This document shows positions 26,412 through 36,115 of a DNA stretch of 64,000 bases, in pieces. The notes under the pieces are model-generated. The model was not told the DNA's origin and did not search any database. It saw nothing but the letters and a program-made list of their open reading frames with translations. Source of the stretch: Lachnospiraceae bacterium (lineage in GTDB: Bacteria > Bacillota > Clostridia > Lachnospirales > Lachnospiraceae); assembly GCA_017400305.1 (NCBI GenBank), contig JAFPTK010000003.1, positions 2,724 to 66,723 on the forward strand, given 5' to 3'. The position numbers and the translations under genes are program-made. Every line of letters starts with the position of its first letter. The stretch's first letter is position 1.

Positions 26412-29153
26412 CTACTCCGTCCGATAACCCGCCGCGATCTCCAGTGCCCGAACGATCCGCGCGATCACGGGTTCCATCGGTGCCGTCACGAGGACCGCGT
26501 CCCGGACATCCGCGATGTATTCCGCCCGCACGCTGATCAGTCTCCTGGCATCCGTCTCACACAGGTAGGGATACCAGATCCCCTTCTGATCGATATACTC
26601 ATCCCGCTGCAGCTGAACCGCCCGCGAGAGACTCTGCTGTCTGTTGTCCGCTCCGAGCGCCTTGTCGGAATCCGCCCGGAACCGGTAGCTGACGGAACCC
26701 GACAGTGCCGAGACCGTCTCATACCCCCCGCGGTAGACGTAGCGGTATCCCGCCTGATCCCTCACGCGGTCCAGCGCGCCCAGGGATACATACTCCGCCG
26801 TCCCGTCCGCCAGAAGCTGTGTGTAGATAAAAGGATTGGAGCGGAGCTTTAGCTTCGTCAGGAGTTGCCTCGCATAGTCCAGCGCACCGAAATCCCCGTG
26901 GGCGACACCGAACTGGTTGAGGGCTGCTAAGAGGGCCGCGGCGAGATCGCCGTCGAGTCCCGTCACATCCGTCGTCCCCAGCGCTGCGAGGAGCGCCTGA
27001 TCGAGCATCGCCTGCGTGAGCGGCTGTCCGTTCGCCCCGGCCGCAGAGCCATCCTCCGTGGCCTTTATGATGCCCGCCGCCTGCGACATATCGGAGAGTC
27101 CCGTTCCGCTGCCCGCGGCTTTGGCCGCCTGATCCAGCTGATCCGAGAGCCCTCCCTTCCCGGGGTCGGAAAAGCTGTTCCCGATCTTTTTAAGGTCCTC
27201 TCCGTCTCCGAGCTTTTTGTAGAGATCGATGCTGTTGCGCAGATCCGTGACCTTGCCTCCCTTATTGCGGTCGATGATCGAGCCGGTGAGGCCGTCCTTC
27301 CACTCGCCGGCCGTGCGGTTCAGATTCCCGCCCTTTCGGCTGCCCGCGCTGCCGCTCCCGCTTTTCCCCGATTCCACGGTATTCTCGCCGTTCTCTCCCT
27401 TTTCTCCCTTCCGGCCGTCGATCAGACCGTTTTCGCCGTCCTCGTAGCTGCGGTTGATCCCCTGCTCCTTATCGAGATTCAGCTTCCCGGGTGCGGAGGA
27501 ACCGGCCTCCTGCTTCTTTTTGATCTGCGCGTCCCGTTTCCTGGCTTCCCGCAGGTCATCATCGGCGAGCGCCTGTCTGCGCTTCTTCTCCAGATCATCC
27601 TCCTCCGGAGAGGTCACGTCGGCGGTGGTGCCGTTCAGATCCGAGATCAGGGCATTCAGCCAGGTCACATGCGCATCCAGAGAGGCCTTCGCCATGGTCA
27701 GGAATCCGTCATTCTGAAGGAGCGGATAATGCAGCATCGCCCACGGGATCCGGATCTCCTCCACCCATGCCGCCGCGTCCTCCGCAAGGGACCGGTCCGT
27801 ATCTCCGCGGATCAGAAACTGCAGCATAGTTCTCGCTGCCTCCATCTCGGCTTCCCGGTCGCTTAACAGCTTCTTTAAGGCCTCCTCCGTGGATCCCGAC
27901 GCGGCCGCCTTCTGCCAGTCCTCTCCGGTCCCGCCCGAGAGATAATCACTGTAGGCCTCTCCGGCGGGCCCCAGCAGGTCCTGTTCGATGATCGCCAGCT
28001 CCTTCTCCGCGTGGACGATCCTTCCCGCCTGGATATTGCGCAGATGCAGGAGAGGATCGATCACCTCCCGGAAGGCATCCCGCTCTTCGGGCGCGTCCGC
28101 CGCCAGGGTCTTCGCTTCCACCGACCAGGCGTAGCGCTTCTTCGTCAGGATCGTCTGTCCCGGCCGCAGCACCATGGCGCCGTAGCGCACCGAAGCGGCC
28201 CGGCAGTTCGCGATACTCTCATCGATGGCATCCAGATAGGTCCCCACCGGCCGGAAGCTGTCAAAGAGCGCTTCATCCACCGCCTCGCCGGTGGTGATGT
28301 AATTCCGGAGCATCTTTAACCGGCTCTCGGTGTCGGAGGCCGCAAGGAAATCATAGATCATCACGCGGCGCTCGGCGTCCGTCTGCTCCATGAGCGAGAG
28401 CACCTCCTCCGCCTCCTCTGTCTGTTTCTCACTGCGGTATGCTTCGTAGTGGTCGTACTGCATCGTCTGCAGCGCCCGGTCACACCGGTCCGTCTCCTCG
28501 TTCCGTCCCATGGTGGGCATCGCCTCAAGATATTTCCCCGTGGGCTCGATCAGGCACATCGAGGTCAGGAACACATGCTGCTCCTCGGCCGGTGTCCTGC
28601 CGGCCTTGGCGAGCAGGGTGTCATAAGCGGTCTTTAAGGGCTTCAGTTCCTCCAGGTTCATCAGGTCATACGGGTCCGGGAAGAGGTCCGCCGACTTCCC
28701 GTCCGGCTTAAGGATCTTCCCCTCCGGGGTGACCACGTATTCCACGAGATAATCCGCAAGCTGTGAATCCGCCACCGCCGGACCGGACGGCATCAGATCC
28801 GCGATCTTCTCGACGAGACTCAAGTTCCGCCAGCTGCCGCCTGCCAGCTCCGAATAGTAATAGCTGATGGGCTGTTCATGGCGGACCTGGGACTGTCTCG
28901 CCAGGGTGTAGAGCTCCGGCGTCACCGCGGCTAACGGCATCAGGTACGTCCCGACAAAGAGGGTCGTCGGAGCGATCGTGTTCTTAGCCGCGTAGTCGGC
29001 ATAGCGCATCATTCCCTCCGGGACGGTCTTAACGTTGACCGTTGTCTGCTCCGCCGCCCGTACCGTCGGTCCCGCGGGCAGGAGGAGGATCGCCGCCAGC
29101 AGAGCTGCCAGAATCCTGCTTCCGATTCTGTTTTTCCGATCCCGTCTGCTCAT
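26412..29153 (-). CDS. Large exported protein, paralogue B
   Basis: Start moved to ATG 29153 (MSRRDRKNRIGSRILAALLAAILLLPAGPTVRA signal peptide), 4 nt after the upstream stop. Confidence 0.7.
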   Translation of the reverse strand: MSRRDRKNRIGSRILAALLAAILLLPAGPTVRAAEQTTVNVKTVPEGMMRYADYAAKNTIAPTTLFVGTYLMPLAAVTPELYTLARQSQVRHEQPISYYYSELAGGSWRNLSLVEKIADLMPSGPAVADSQLADYLVEYVVTPEGKILKPDGKSADLFPDPYDLMNLEELKPLKTAYDTLLAKAGRTPAEEQHVFLTSMCLIEPTGKYLEAMPTMGRNEETDRCDRALQTMQYDHYEAYRSEKQTEEAEEVLSLMEQTDAERRVMIYDFLAASDTESRLKMLRNYITTGEAVDEALFDSFRPVGTYLDAIDESIANCRAASVRYGAMVLRPGQTILTKKRYAWSVEAKTLAADAPEERDAFREVIDPLLHLRNIQAGRIVHAEKELAIIEQDLLGPAGEAYSDYLSGGTGEDWQKAAASGSTEEALKKLLSDREAEMEAARTMLQFLIRGDTDRSLAEDAAAWVEEIRIPWAMLHYPLLQNDGFLTMAKASLDAHVTWLNALISDLNGTTADVTSPEEDDLEKKRRQALADDDLREARKRDAQIKKKQEAGSSAPGKLNLDKEQGINRSYEDGENGLIDGRKGEKGENGENTVESGKSGSGSAGSRKGGNLNRTAGEWKDGLTGSIIDRNKGGKVTDLRNSIDLYKKLGDGEDLKKIGNSFSDPGKGGLSDQLDQAAKAAGSGTGLSDMSQAAGIIKATEDGSAAGANGQPLTQAMLDQALLAALGTTDVTGLDGDLAAALLAALNQFGVAHGDFGALDYARQLLTKLKLRSNPFIYTQLLADGTAEYVSLGALDRVRDQAGYRYVYRGGYETVSALSGSVSYRFRADSDKALGADNRQQSLSRAVQLQRDEYIDQKGIWYPYLCETDARRLISVRAEYIADVRDAVLVTAPMEPVIARIVRALEIAAGYRTE

Positions 29154-29157
29154 CGAT

Positions 29158-32100
29158 TCAATATCCCGCCTCATCCAACAGCCAGGTCCAGGAAGCATCA
29201 TCAAAATAGTCCCTCTGGTAATTTTTCAGTACGGAGAATCTCGAATCCGTCATACCGGAGCGCGCTCCGCTCCAGAAGCGCTTTGCGACATCCGCCTGTA
29301 CCTCGGCGAGCAGAGGCTCCGGCAACAGTTCCCGCATGCCTTCCCAATCCGACATCAGATCGGGCGGATACTCCCTGTCGATGGCGTCTCTTAAATGCCT
29401 CTCCACCATTGCCATGGTGATCTGTTCCTCGGCATAACCGGGTTCCTCCCCCATATAGATCCTCTTTCCCAGCTCCGTGTATTTCTGAGAGAGTTCCTGA
29501 TCCTCCAGCAGATACGCAGCGATCCGCTCCGCGGCCGTATCGCAGAAATTCCCCGGTTTATTCATGTCGGTCTCCTGCGCCATCACTTCATTGAGCAGAT
29601 CCCCGATCTGCTGCCGGAGGATCGACTCAAAGGTCTGGACATCGCGGTCCACCTGCTCCTTTCTCTTGCGCTCCTGACTCTCGTCATAGCTGTCGCCGAT
29701 CCAGGGAAGGTAGCTTAAGAAGCCTCTGCCCTCCTCCTTCTTTTTCTCAAGTGATTCCTCGTCCCGCTTCTCCCGGAACGCATCCACCGCGGGTTTCGCC
29801 AGTTGGGCCGAGAGTTCATCGACGTCGTAGGTCCTTAAGAAGACGTCACGCAGTACCTCCGGTCTCACCACGCGGTTTTTCACATCGGAAGTGACGAAGG
29901 CCCGGATCCGGTGCTCGATCAGCGACGTCATGACACGCTCCACGTGCTCGATGGAGCCTGCCCGCACTTCGATGGCGGCGGCCAGCCGCTCCTGTGTCGC
30001 CTTGCGCTGGCGCTCCGCTTCCGCCGCGGCCGCCTGGTTCTCCGACTCCCTGATCGCTGCCGCCTCTTCTGCCGCGCGTCTGGCTGCTTCCTCCTCGGCG
30101 AGGCGCTTTCTCTCCGCGATCTCTCCCCTTCGCTTCTCCACCTCGTCCTTTAAGGCATAGAGCCTGTCATTGCCGGCATCGATCCTGGCCGGGAACAGCT
30201 CGTTGCCGTCCGCGTCCAGACACCGCACCTCGATCTCTTCGATATCGCTCTGGATCGCGGCGAGATAGGAGAACGGTTGATTTGCCGCCACCGCCTCCTC
30301 CGAGACAAGCGGCGTCCCTCCGTCGACGGTCACCAGCCGGTAGGCATCGATCTCCAGATCCGCCAGGAAATTCATGGTGAGTTCGATCTGGCCCGTCGCC
30401 GGTTTCTGCGTGATCCTGATACTTCCGATCTCCTCCGTCTCCATCTCCTCCTCTTCCTCGTACTGCGTGAGGATCTGGAGAGGGCCGAAGGAAAGGGTCT
30501 CATCGATCACGATATCATCGAGTGCCTCCTCCCCCGCGAAGAGGCGGATCTTTACCTCCTCCACTCCGCTGATGGCGAGCTTTAAGTGCTTGAGTCCCTC
30601 CGTCACGGGGGTTTTGTTGCCGATGCGCTCCCCGTCACACCAGAGCTCGAAATCCGTGACCTCCACCTCTCTGTCCTCAATCGGGAAGCGGAAGCCCTCC
30701 GGGATATGGACATACAGGATGAACTGGTTGTCCGACACCACATCCCGAATGGTGTAGGTCGCGCCGGAGGCGAAGACCGGTTTCAGGGACGCGGCCGCCA
30801 CATTCCCGGCGGAGGCCGTCACATCGGTGAGCTCGGTGGCGAAATACTCCGCCGCGCCGCCGCAGGTCGTCCGGTCCAGTGCGTACTCCGCCTGGCTGTA
30901 CTGGGCGAGGGAGGTGATCAGCTCCTGCTGCATGCTGTCATACTCCTCGCTCTCCGTCACATACTCGTCCTCGGTCATGAGCCCCAGCAGGAACTTCACC
31001 TCGTCCTCCGCGAGGGTGATCTGGGCGGCCCGCACCTGCTCCTTGAGGGTGAGATAGCTCTTGCGGGTCGCGGCGAAGTTGTCAAAGGCATCCGCCACCG
31101 CGTCCTCCACATCCCTGCCGGCGTTTTCCAGATCCTGTCTGGCGCTCTGGTAATCCAGTGCCGCCGTGTAGAGCACCTCCGGATCATCCTCGACAAAGCG
31201 GACGCCGTCGATGGCCCCCTTGATATACTCCCGGGAGAAGCTCAACAGCCACACATGGAAATCGCCCTTCCAGTAACTGTCGATGTCCTTAAGGAACAGC
31301 TCATAATCCTGGGAGAAGGCCGTCTGATCGATCTGGGTCCCCTCCTCCGCCTGTACCAGGTACTGCTCGATCCGCTTCATATCGCCGCCGTACTGCTGCG
31401 TGAAGAGCTGGCGGTTCACCTGCAGGGCGATCAGAGCCATCTCCGCTGCGGTCTGCGCGTCATAGTAGGTCTTATCGTGCTCCTTGGTGTAGTTGATCAG
31501 GGAGGGGATCATATCCCGCTCCATCGCAGAGTGCACGAAGGGATCCATCAGCTCATAGTCCTCGGGATTGAGTCCCACTAACCGCTGCAGCTTCTGCGCG
31601 TTGGTCTTCTCCTGGGTCCTGGCCGTCGTGGCTGCCTGCTTGAGCTTCGTCACCGTCTTTTTCGCCGCCGTGACCTGCGCCTGGGTGGCCGCCCCCACCG
31701 CCTGCTTGGCGGTCAGCTTCTCCAGTGCCTCCTGCGCCGCATCGACTCTTGACTGATCAAACTCGGCGATCATGCGGAACTTGTACATCTCCACATAGGC
31801 CGTGCTCACCTTGTTCCTCTCCGAGAGCTCCTGATCGATGATCTTGTGCTCGATCTCCTCGATGCCGTAGTTCAACTGGATCGGCTTGAACTGAAAGGTG
31901 TACGCCTCCGCCTCGTCCGGCTTGGAGGGGAGCTTGAAGCTCACGATCGGCGACCAGCGGATCGTCGACATGTTGGACTGCTTCTCCTTGAGGGATTTCA
32001 CGGCGGATTCCCGGTTCTTGATCTTGGCGCTCTTCTGCATCTTGAGGGACTTGATCTTGGAGCTGGAGGCCGTCGCGAGGGACTGTGCCATCTCAAGCGA

Positions 32101-32289
32101 CAGATACCTGGTCTCCGCGTGCACCGTCGGTCCGGCCATACCGGTCGCAGGGAAGGAGACGCGGGAGAGCGCGGTGCCCGACAGCAGGAGACACAGCGCG
32201 AGAACAGACAGCCCGAGACGCTTCGCCCCGGTCCTCATCCCGCCTCTGTTCAAGTGGCAGCCTGTCCCTCTCATCCCTGTGTCCGTCAT
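29158..32289 (-). CDS. TolC/outer-membrane-efflux-like exported protein with a long C-terminal extension (alternative start 32238)
   Basis: Signal peptide; LSLEMAQSLA start; two helical repeats ending AKQAVGAATQAQV and VKFLLGLMTEDEY, as in OEP repeats; then beta domains and a coiled coil. Confidence 0.65.
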   Translation of the reverse strand: MTDTGMRGTGCHLNRGGMRTGAKRLGLSVLALCLLLSGTALSRVSFPATGMAGPTVHAETRYLSLEMAQSLATASSSKIKSLKMQKSAKIKNRESAVKSLKEKQSNMSTIRWSPIVSFKLPSKPDEAEAYTFQFKPIQLNYGIEEIEHKIIDQELSERNKVSTAYVEMYKFRMIAEFDQSRVDAAQEALEKLTAKQAVGAATQAQVTAAKKTVTKLKQAATTARTQEKTNAQKLQRLVGLNPEDYELMDPFVHSAMERDMIPSLINYTKEHDKTYYDAQTAAEMALIALQVNRQLFTQQYGGDMKRIEQYLVQAEEGTQIDQTAFSQDYELFLKDIDSYWKGDFHVWLLSFSREYIKGAIDGVRFVEDDPEVLYTAALDYQSARQDLENAGRDVEDAVADAFDNFAATRKSYLTLKEQVRAAQITLAEDEVKFLLGLMTEDEYVTESEEYDSMQQELITSLAQYSQAEYALDRTTCGGAAEYFATELTDVTASAGNVAAASLKPVFASGATYTIRDVVSDNQFILYVHIPEGFRFPIEDREVEVTDFELWCDGERIGNKTPVTEGLKHLKLAISGVEEVKIRLFAGEEALDDIVIDETLSFGPLQILTQYEEEEEMETEEIGSIRITQKPATGQIELTMNFLADLEIDAYRLVTVDGGTPLVSEEAVAANQPFSYLAAIQSDIEEIEVRCLDADGNELFPARIDAGNDRLYALKDEVEKRRGEIAERKRLAEEEAARRAAEEAAAIRESENQAAAAEAERQRKATQERLAAAIEVRAGSIEHVERVMTSLIEHRIRAFVTSDVKNRVVRPEVLRDVFLRTYDVDELSAQLAKPAVDAFREKRDEESLEKKKEEGRGFLSYLPWIGDSYDESQERKRKEQVDRDVQTFESILRQQIGDLLNEVMAQETDMNKPGNFCDTAAERIAAYLLEDQELSQKYTELGKRIYMGEEPGYAEEQITMAMVERHLRDAIDREYPPDLMSDWEGMRELLPEPLLAEVQADVAKRFWSGARSGMTDSRFSVLKNYQRDYFDDASWTWLLDEAGY

Positions 32290-32305
32290 CCCTTCCGGAT
32301 CTTCC

Positions 32306-33547
32306 TCATCGGATCAGATCACTCATGTCCTCACGCACGAGGTAGTAAAAAGCAAAGTTCGCGGATCCCGGCTTCCCGACGAAGGTGTAGATCAGTCCGT
32401 CCCTGCTGTAGGTATGGAGCATCACCTCGTAGTCCTGATCGTAGGAAAGCACTCTGCTGTACTCCGTATAGACCTCCTCGGTCGAAACCTCCGCCTCCTC
32501 AAGCTCCCCCTGGCTGTCCAGATCGCACAGACGCCGGATGGAGAGAGCCTCCGGGAGCGTGATACGGGAGATTCCCTGATAGATCGGATCCCCGAAGACC
32601 TCCGTCAGCTCGGCGATCTCGTCGCAGTCTCCCGTATGGGTGCGGTAGTGGTTGCGCAGGACATAGACACCGGCGACCTTGTAGATACTCTCCTCCACCG
32701 AATCGCTGTCCGCCGTCTCCAGGGTCATCACGCCGATCTCGCGCAGATCCCGCACGTGAACCGAGTCCCCGTCATAGATGACCACCTCGCCCCCGTAGGC
32801 TTCGTTTAACTCCGTCGCCGTCCTGCCGAGGAGCGTCGCGTAACGGATCTCATCCAGCGTAAAGGAGCCCTCATACAGGCGTTTCTGTGCGGTATCGTAC
32901 AGGGTTCCCTCCCCCTCCTTCATGCCGGCCTCAAACTCCCCGTCATACTCCAGACTCCCGTTCTCCCGGTAGAGCCTGCCGGTCCCCTGAAAGAGATTCT
33001 CGTGGAAATCCCCGGTATACCAGACCGTTCCGTCCTGATAGTAACGGGTCCCCTGGTCCTCATACATGCTGCGGGTGAAATTCCCTCGGTAGACGACCCC
33101 GCCGTTCACATCATAGAGCACGCCTTCCCCGTTGCAGGAGCCGCCCCGGACGGCACCCTCAAAGGCCAGATAACCGGATCTTCCGCGGATCCTCACCTTG
33201 CCCTTGGCGAATTTCAACAGGATCGAATCGTAATCGTAGGTCCGGATATCCTCTCCGCGTGTCCTGGTCCAGCCGCGGATATAAGCGGTATAGATATAGG
33301 CGAAGCTCAGTACGCCGATCATCACGACGATCAGAAAGGCCAGCTTCCGGCTGATCTGCCATCGAAAGATCGTATAGTAATCGCTCCGGTTCCTGGGCCG
33401 TACGTCAAAGAGCCGGGAGAAGAACCGTGTGACCCTGCTGATGACGCGCGTGCGGATATAGCCGGGTGTAAAGAGGTACCTGAGCCGCCCGAAGAGACGG
33501 ATAAACCGGGAGCGTATCGCATTGATGAGTACGCGGAGCAGATCCAT
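32306..33547 (-). CDS. Single-pass membrane protein with MORN repeats
   Basis: Basic N-terminus, one TM helix, repeats YxGxFxxxxxxGxGxLY. Confidence 0.85.
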   Translation of the reverse strand: MDLLRVLINAIRSRFIRLFGRLRYLFTPGYIRTRVISRVTRFFSRLFDVRPRNRSDYYTIFRWQISRKLAFLIVVMIGVLSFAYIYTAYIRGWTRTRGEDIRTYDYDSILLKFAKGKVRIRGRSGYLAFEGAVRGGSCNGEGVLYDVNGGVVYRGNFTRSMYEDQGTRYYQDGTVWYTGDFHENLFQGTGRLYRENGSLEYDGEFEAGMKEGEGTLYDTAQKRLYEGSFTLDEIRYATLLGRTATELNEAYGGEVVIYDGDSVHVRDLREIGVMTLETADSDSVEESIYKVAGVYVLRNHYRTHTGDCDEIAELTEVFGDPIYQGISRITLPEALSIRRLCDLDSQGELEEAEVSTEEVYTEYSRVLSYDQDYEVMLHTYSRDGLIYTFVGKPGSANFAFYYLVREDMSDLIR

Positions 33548-33548
33548 C

Positions 33549-36101
33549 CTATACGCCTCCCGACTCGATCACGCTGCCATCCGTGCGAAGCGCACCGGTG
33601 AATTCCCCGGGGCCGGCCTCGTTGAGGAAATAGGAGCATTCAAACAGATACCATTTGACCAGATCATCCTGCGGGATCTGACGCAGCACCTCCGTGAAGG
33701 TCTTGCGCGCCAGATAGAAATCCTGCCGGTAGAACAGATCCAGCGCCTCTCTAAACTGATCGAGGGTATCCATCTTGGCCTTCCTGAGCGATGCCTCATA
33801 GGCATCCAGGACCTCATAGAGCTCGATCTTCTCCCCCTCGTCCGTGAGCACAAACCCGATATCCCGAAGCGGCGAGGAAGGTTCCTCCCGATCCCTGACG
33901 CTCTGCGTGATGACCAGTCCGATGTGCAGCGTGCGGAACCATCCCACATAGCGCTCCAGATGCTCCGTCTCCGGGGAGGACAGAAACGCCGTGCTCTGCT
34001 TCTTCGTGCCGGCGATCCCGTAGACGATGGGTGCGTAATGCAGCAGTACGGTGGTGTTGGGGAACGTCTCGCCGTTCCACCCCCGCAGCTCATGCAACAG
34101 CTCGGTGCCGAAGGAGATGGCCCCCTTGCAGTGCTCCAGGAACAAGAGCTTCATCAGAGACAGGTCGCAGTCGCCCGCCACATAGATCCCTTCCTCCGCC
34201 TCCTGCTGGCGCTCCATGATCTCCATCAGCAGGTTCATGCGGCCGATCTCACGGATGTCGTCGCTCTTCTGTCCCGCGGTGGCGAGTAAGGCCATGGTGC
34301 CCTTGAGATTCGTGACATCCCCGCCGTGTACCTCCAGGATGGAAGTCTTGTTGAGGATCGTCTCGATATTCTTGGGAGCGAACCGGTAGTAGGCTTCAAA
34401 GGTGAGATACTTGGAGCGGTTGATCGCGCGGATATTCTTGTCGATCTCATAGATGCTGTTCCACATGGCGTTCATATCCGTGCCGATCACCCTGGGCTTG
34501 TCATAGGGGATCCGCATATCCAGCGCCAGATCCACCAATGCCGCCCGCAAAAGCTGCAGATCCCTGGACTGCAGCCACAGACAGATCAGGATAAAGGCGG
34601 AGCCCACCACGAACATCATGAGCAGGAAGCGCAGGAGCGCCGCGTTGTTCTTCATGAAATTCCCGGCGGACTGATCGTAATCCGCTATCCCGATGATGGA
34701 ATAATCCATGAGGCCGGTCCGGTTGATGGGGAGGCCGATCACATGGTAATCGCGTCCCTGCAGTCTGACGGTCTCGGAGACCGGGTGATAATCCTCCTGC
34801 ACGGCCCGGATCAGATCGGCGCATCCGTCCCCGTACACATCGGTGAAGGGCTGCCGGTTCCGTCCGCTGGCACTGGCCACGATCACCCCGTCGCTCTCCC
34901 GCACCAGGCACAGATCATACAGGCCGGTTCCCTCTTCGGAGAGCAGGACCTGATCTGCCAGCTGTACCTGCGCCTCATGATAGGAGGTGCTGCCGTAGTA
35001 ATCCTCTTCGGATGCCGGGATCGATCTGGGAAGCTCGGATGCGGAGCGGCGCAGCGCATATTCCGTATAATTGTGAAAGGTCTGCTGCCGGATGCGGTCG
35101 CGATATGCCGTGAGGATCAGGAAATTGCCCACCAGGAGGACGACGAGCAGCAGTTCCATCGCCACGGCGATGTAGGCGAACCGGCGTCTCCGGAAGATGA
35201 TCGCGGTCACCAACAGGATCAGGGCATTGCCGATCAGGATCACGAGGAAGGGAAGCCAGATCGAGTAGCCCGCAATGGCGAAACGCTGTCTGACCGTGAG
35301 ATGCAGCTTCGTGAGCATGGAGCGGAGCTCATTCTCCCGGGCGGCGGTCTCCTCCTCCGGCGCGTCCGCATCCGTCCGCAGGACCAAGGTCCCCTCCCGG
35401 TAGGCCGCCTCCGTGAAAAACCGTCCCGGCTCGCTCTTAGCCTGCGCAACGGTCGCGGGCTCCAGGATCTCCCCCTCTCCGCTTTCGATGGTCACATCGC
35501 CGCGGTCCACCGAGACGACCAGCTCGCTGCTGAAGTTGACCCCGAATCCCGGCAGTACGCCTCCCTCCACCTGCACCGAGTGCAGCTCCGAGGGATCGAT
35601 CCGCCAGGCAAAGGCTTCCTGGCCGTTCTGTGTGAGCGTGGTGTAATAGATCCCCCGCTCATCGACCGAGAAATCCGACAGCTTCTGTCCGTCCGGCAGG
35701 ACAAAGAATCCGGTGCCGTCCGTGATCTCCAGGGCTTCATTCAGCCGCATCACGGTGTAGAAGACCGTCTGGGATTCCCCGTAGGTGCCCGTCTTGCCCA
35801 GAAGGGCATAGCGATAATCCTTAAGATCCACCTGATAGACACTGTATCCGCGCAGATCCCGGATCCCTGCCGTGGAGCAGATCAGACAGCGGCCGGTGGG
35901 ATCCAGTTCCATCACCAGTCCCGTCCGCGCGTTGTTGTCGCTGTACAGGACGGTGGTTCCCTCCTCATCCGTCGCGATATCGTTGAAGGAAGAGAAGCCC
36001 TGCAGTCTGCCCTCGCGATAGACCGCAGCCGCAAAGACCGCCAGACAGGCCGCGGTCCAAATCAGACACAGGAAGATGCGATATCTGAGCTTCACGATCA
36101 A
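33549..36101 (-). CDS. Multi-pass membrane sensor with a degenerate class III nucleotide cyclase-like domain and C-terminal TPR
   Basis: Several TM segments with extracytoplasmic domains; YYRFAPKNIETILNKTSILEV..GD, YGIAG, IELYEVLD, FREALDLFYRQDF..AR; catalytic motifs altered. Confidence 0.72.
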   Translation of the reverse strand: MIVKLRYRIFLCLIWTAACLAVFAAAVYREGRLQGFSSFNDIATDEEGTTVLYSDNNARTGLVMELDPTGRCLICSTAGIRDLRGYSVYQVDLKDYRYALLGKTGTYGESQTVFYTVMRLNEALEITDGTGFFVLPDGQKLSDFSVDERGIYYTTLTQNGQEAFAWRIDPSELHSVQVEGGVLPGFGVNFSSELVVSVDRGDVTIESGEGEILEPATVAQAKSEPGRFFTEAAYREGTLVLRTDADAPEEETAARENELRSMLTKLHLTVRQRFAIAGYSIWLPFLVILIGNALILLVTAIIFRRRRFAYIAVAMELLLVVLLVGNFLILTAYRDRIRQQTFHNYTEYALRRSASELPRSIPASEEDYYGSTSYHEAQVQLADQVLLSEEGTGLYDLCLVRESDGVIVASASGRNRQPFTDVYGDGCADLIRAVQEDYHPVSETVRLQGRDYHVIGLPINRTGLMDYSIIGIADYDQSAGNFMKNNAALLRFLLMMFVVGSAFILICLWLQSRDLQLLRAALVDLALDMRIPYDKPRVIGTDMNAMWNSIYEIDKNIRAINRSKYLTFEAYYRFAPKNIETILNKTSILEVHGGDVTNLKGTMALLATAGQKSDDIREIGRMNLLMEIMERQQEAEEGIYVAGDCDLSLMKLLFLEHCKGAISFGTELLHELRGWNGETFPNTTVLLHYAPIVYGIAGTKKQSTAFLSSPETEHLERYVGWFRTLHIGLVITQSVRDREEPSSPLRDIGFVLTDEGEKIELYEVLDAYEASLRKAKMDTLDQFREALDLFYRQDFYLARKTFTEVLRQIPQDDLVKWYLFECSYFLNEAGPGEFTGALRTDGSVIESGGV

Positions 36102-36115
36102 TCAACCTCCGAAAC

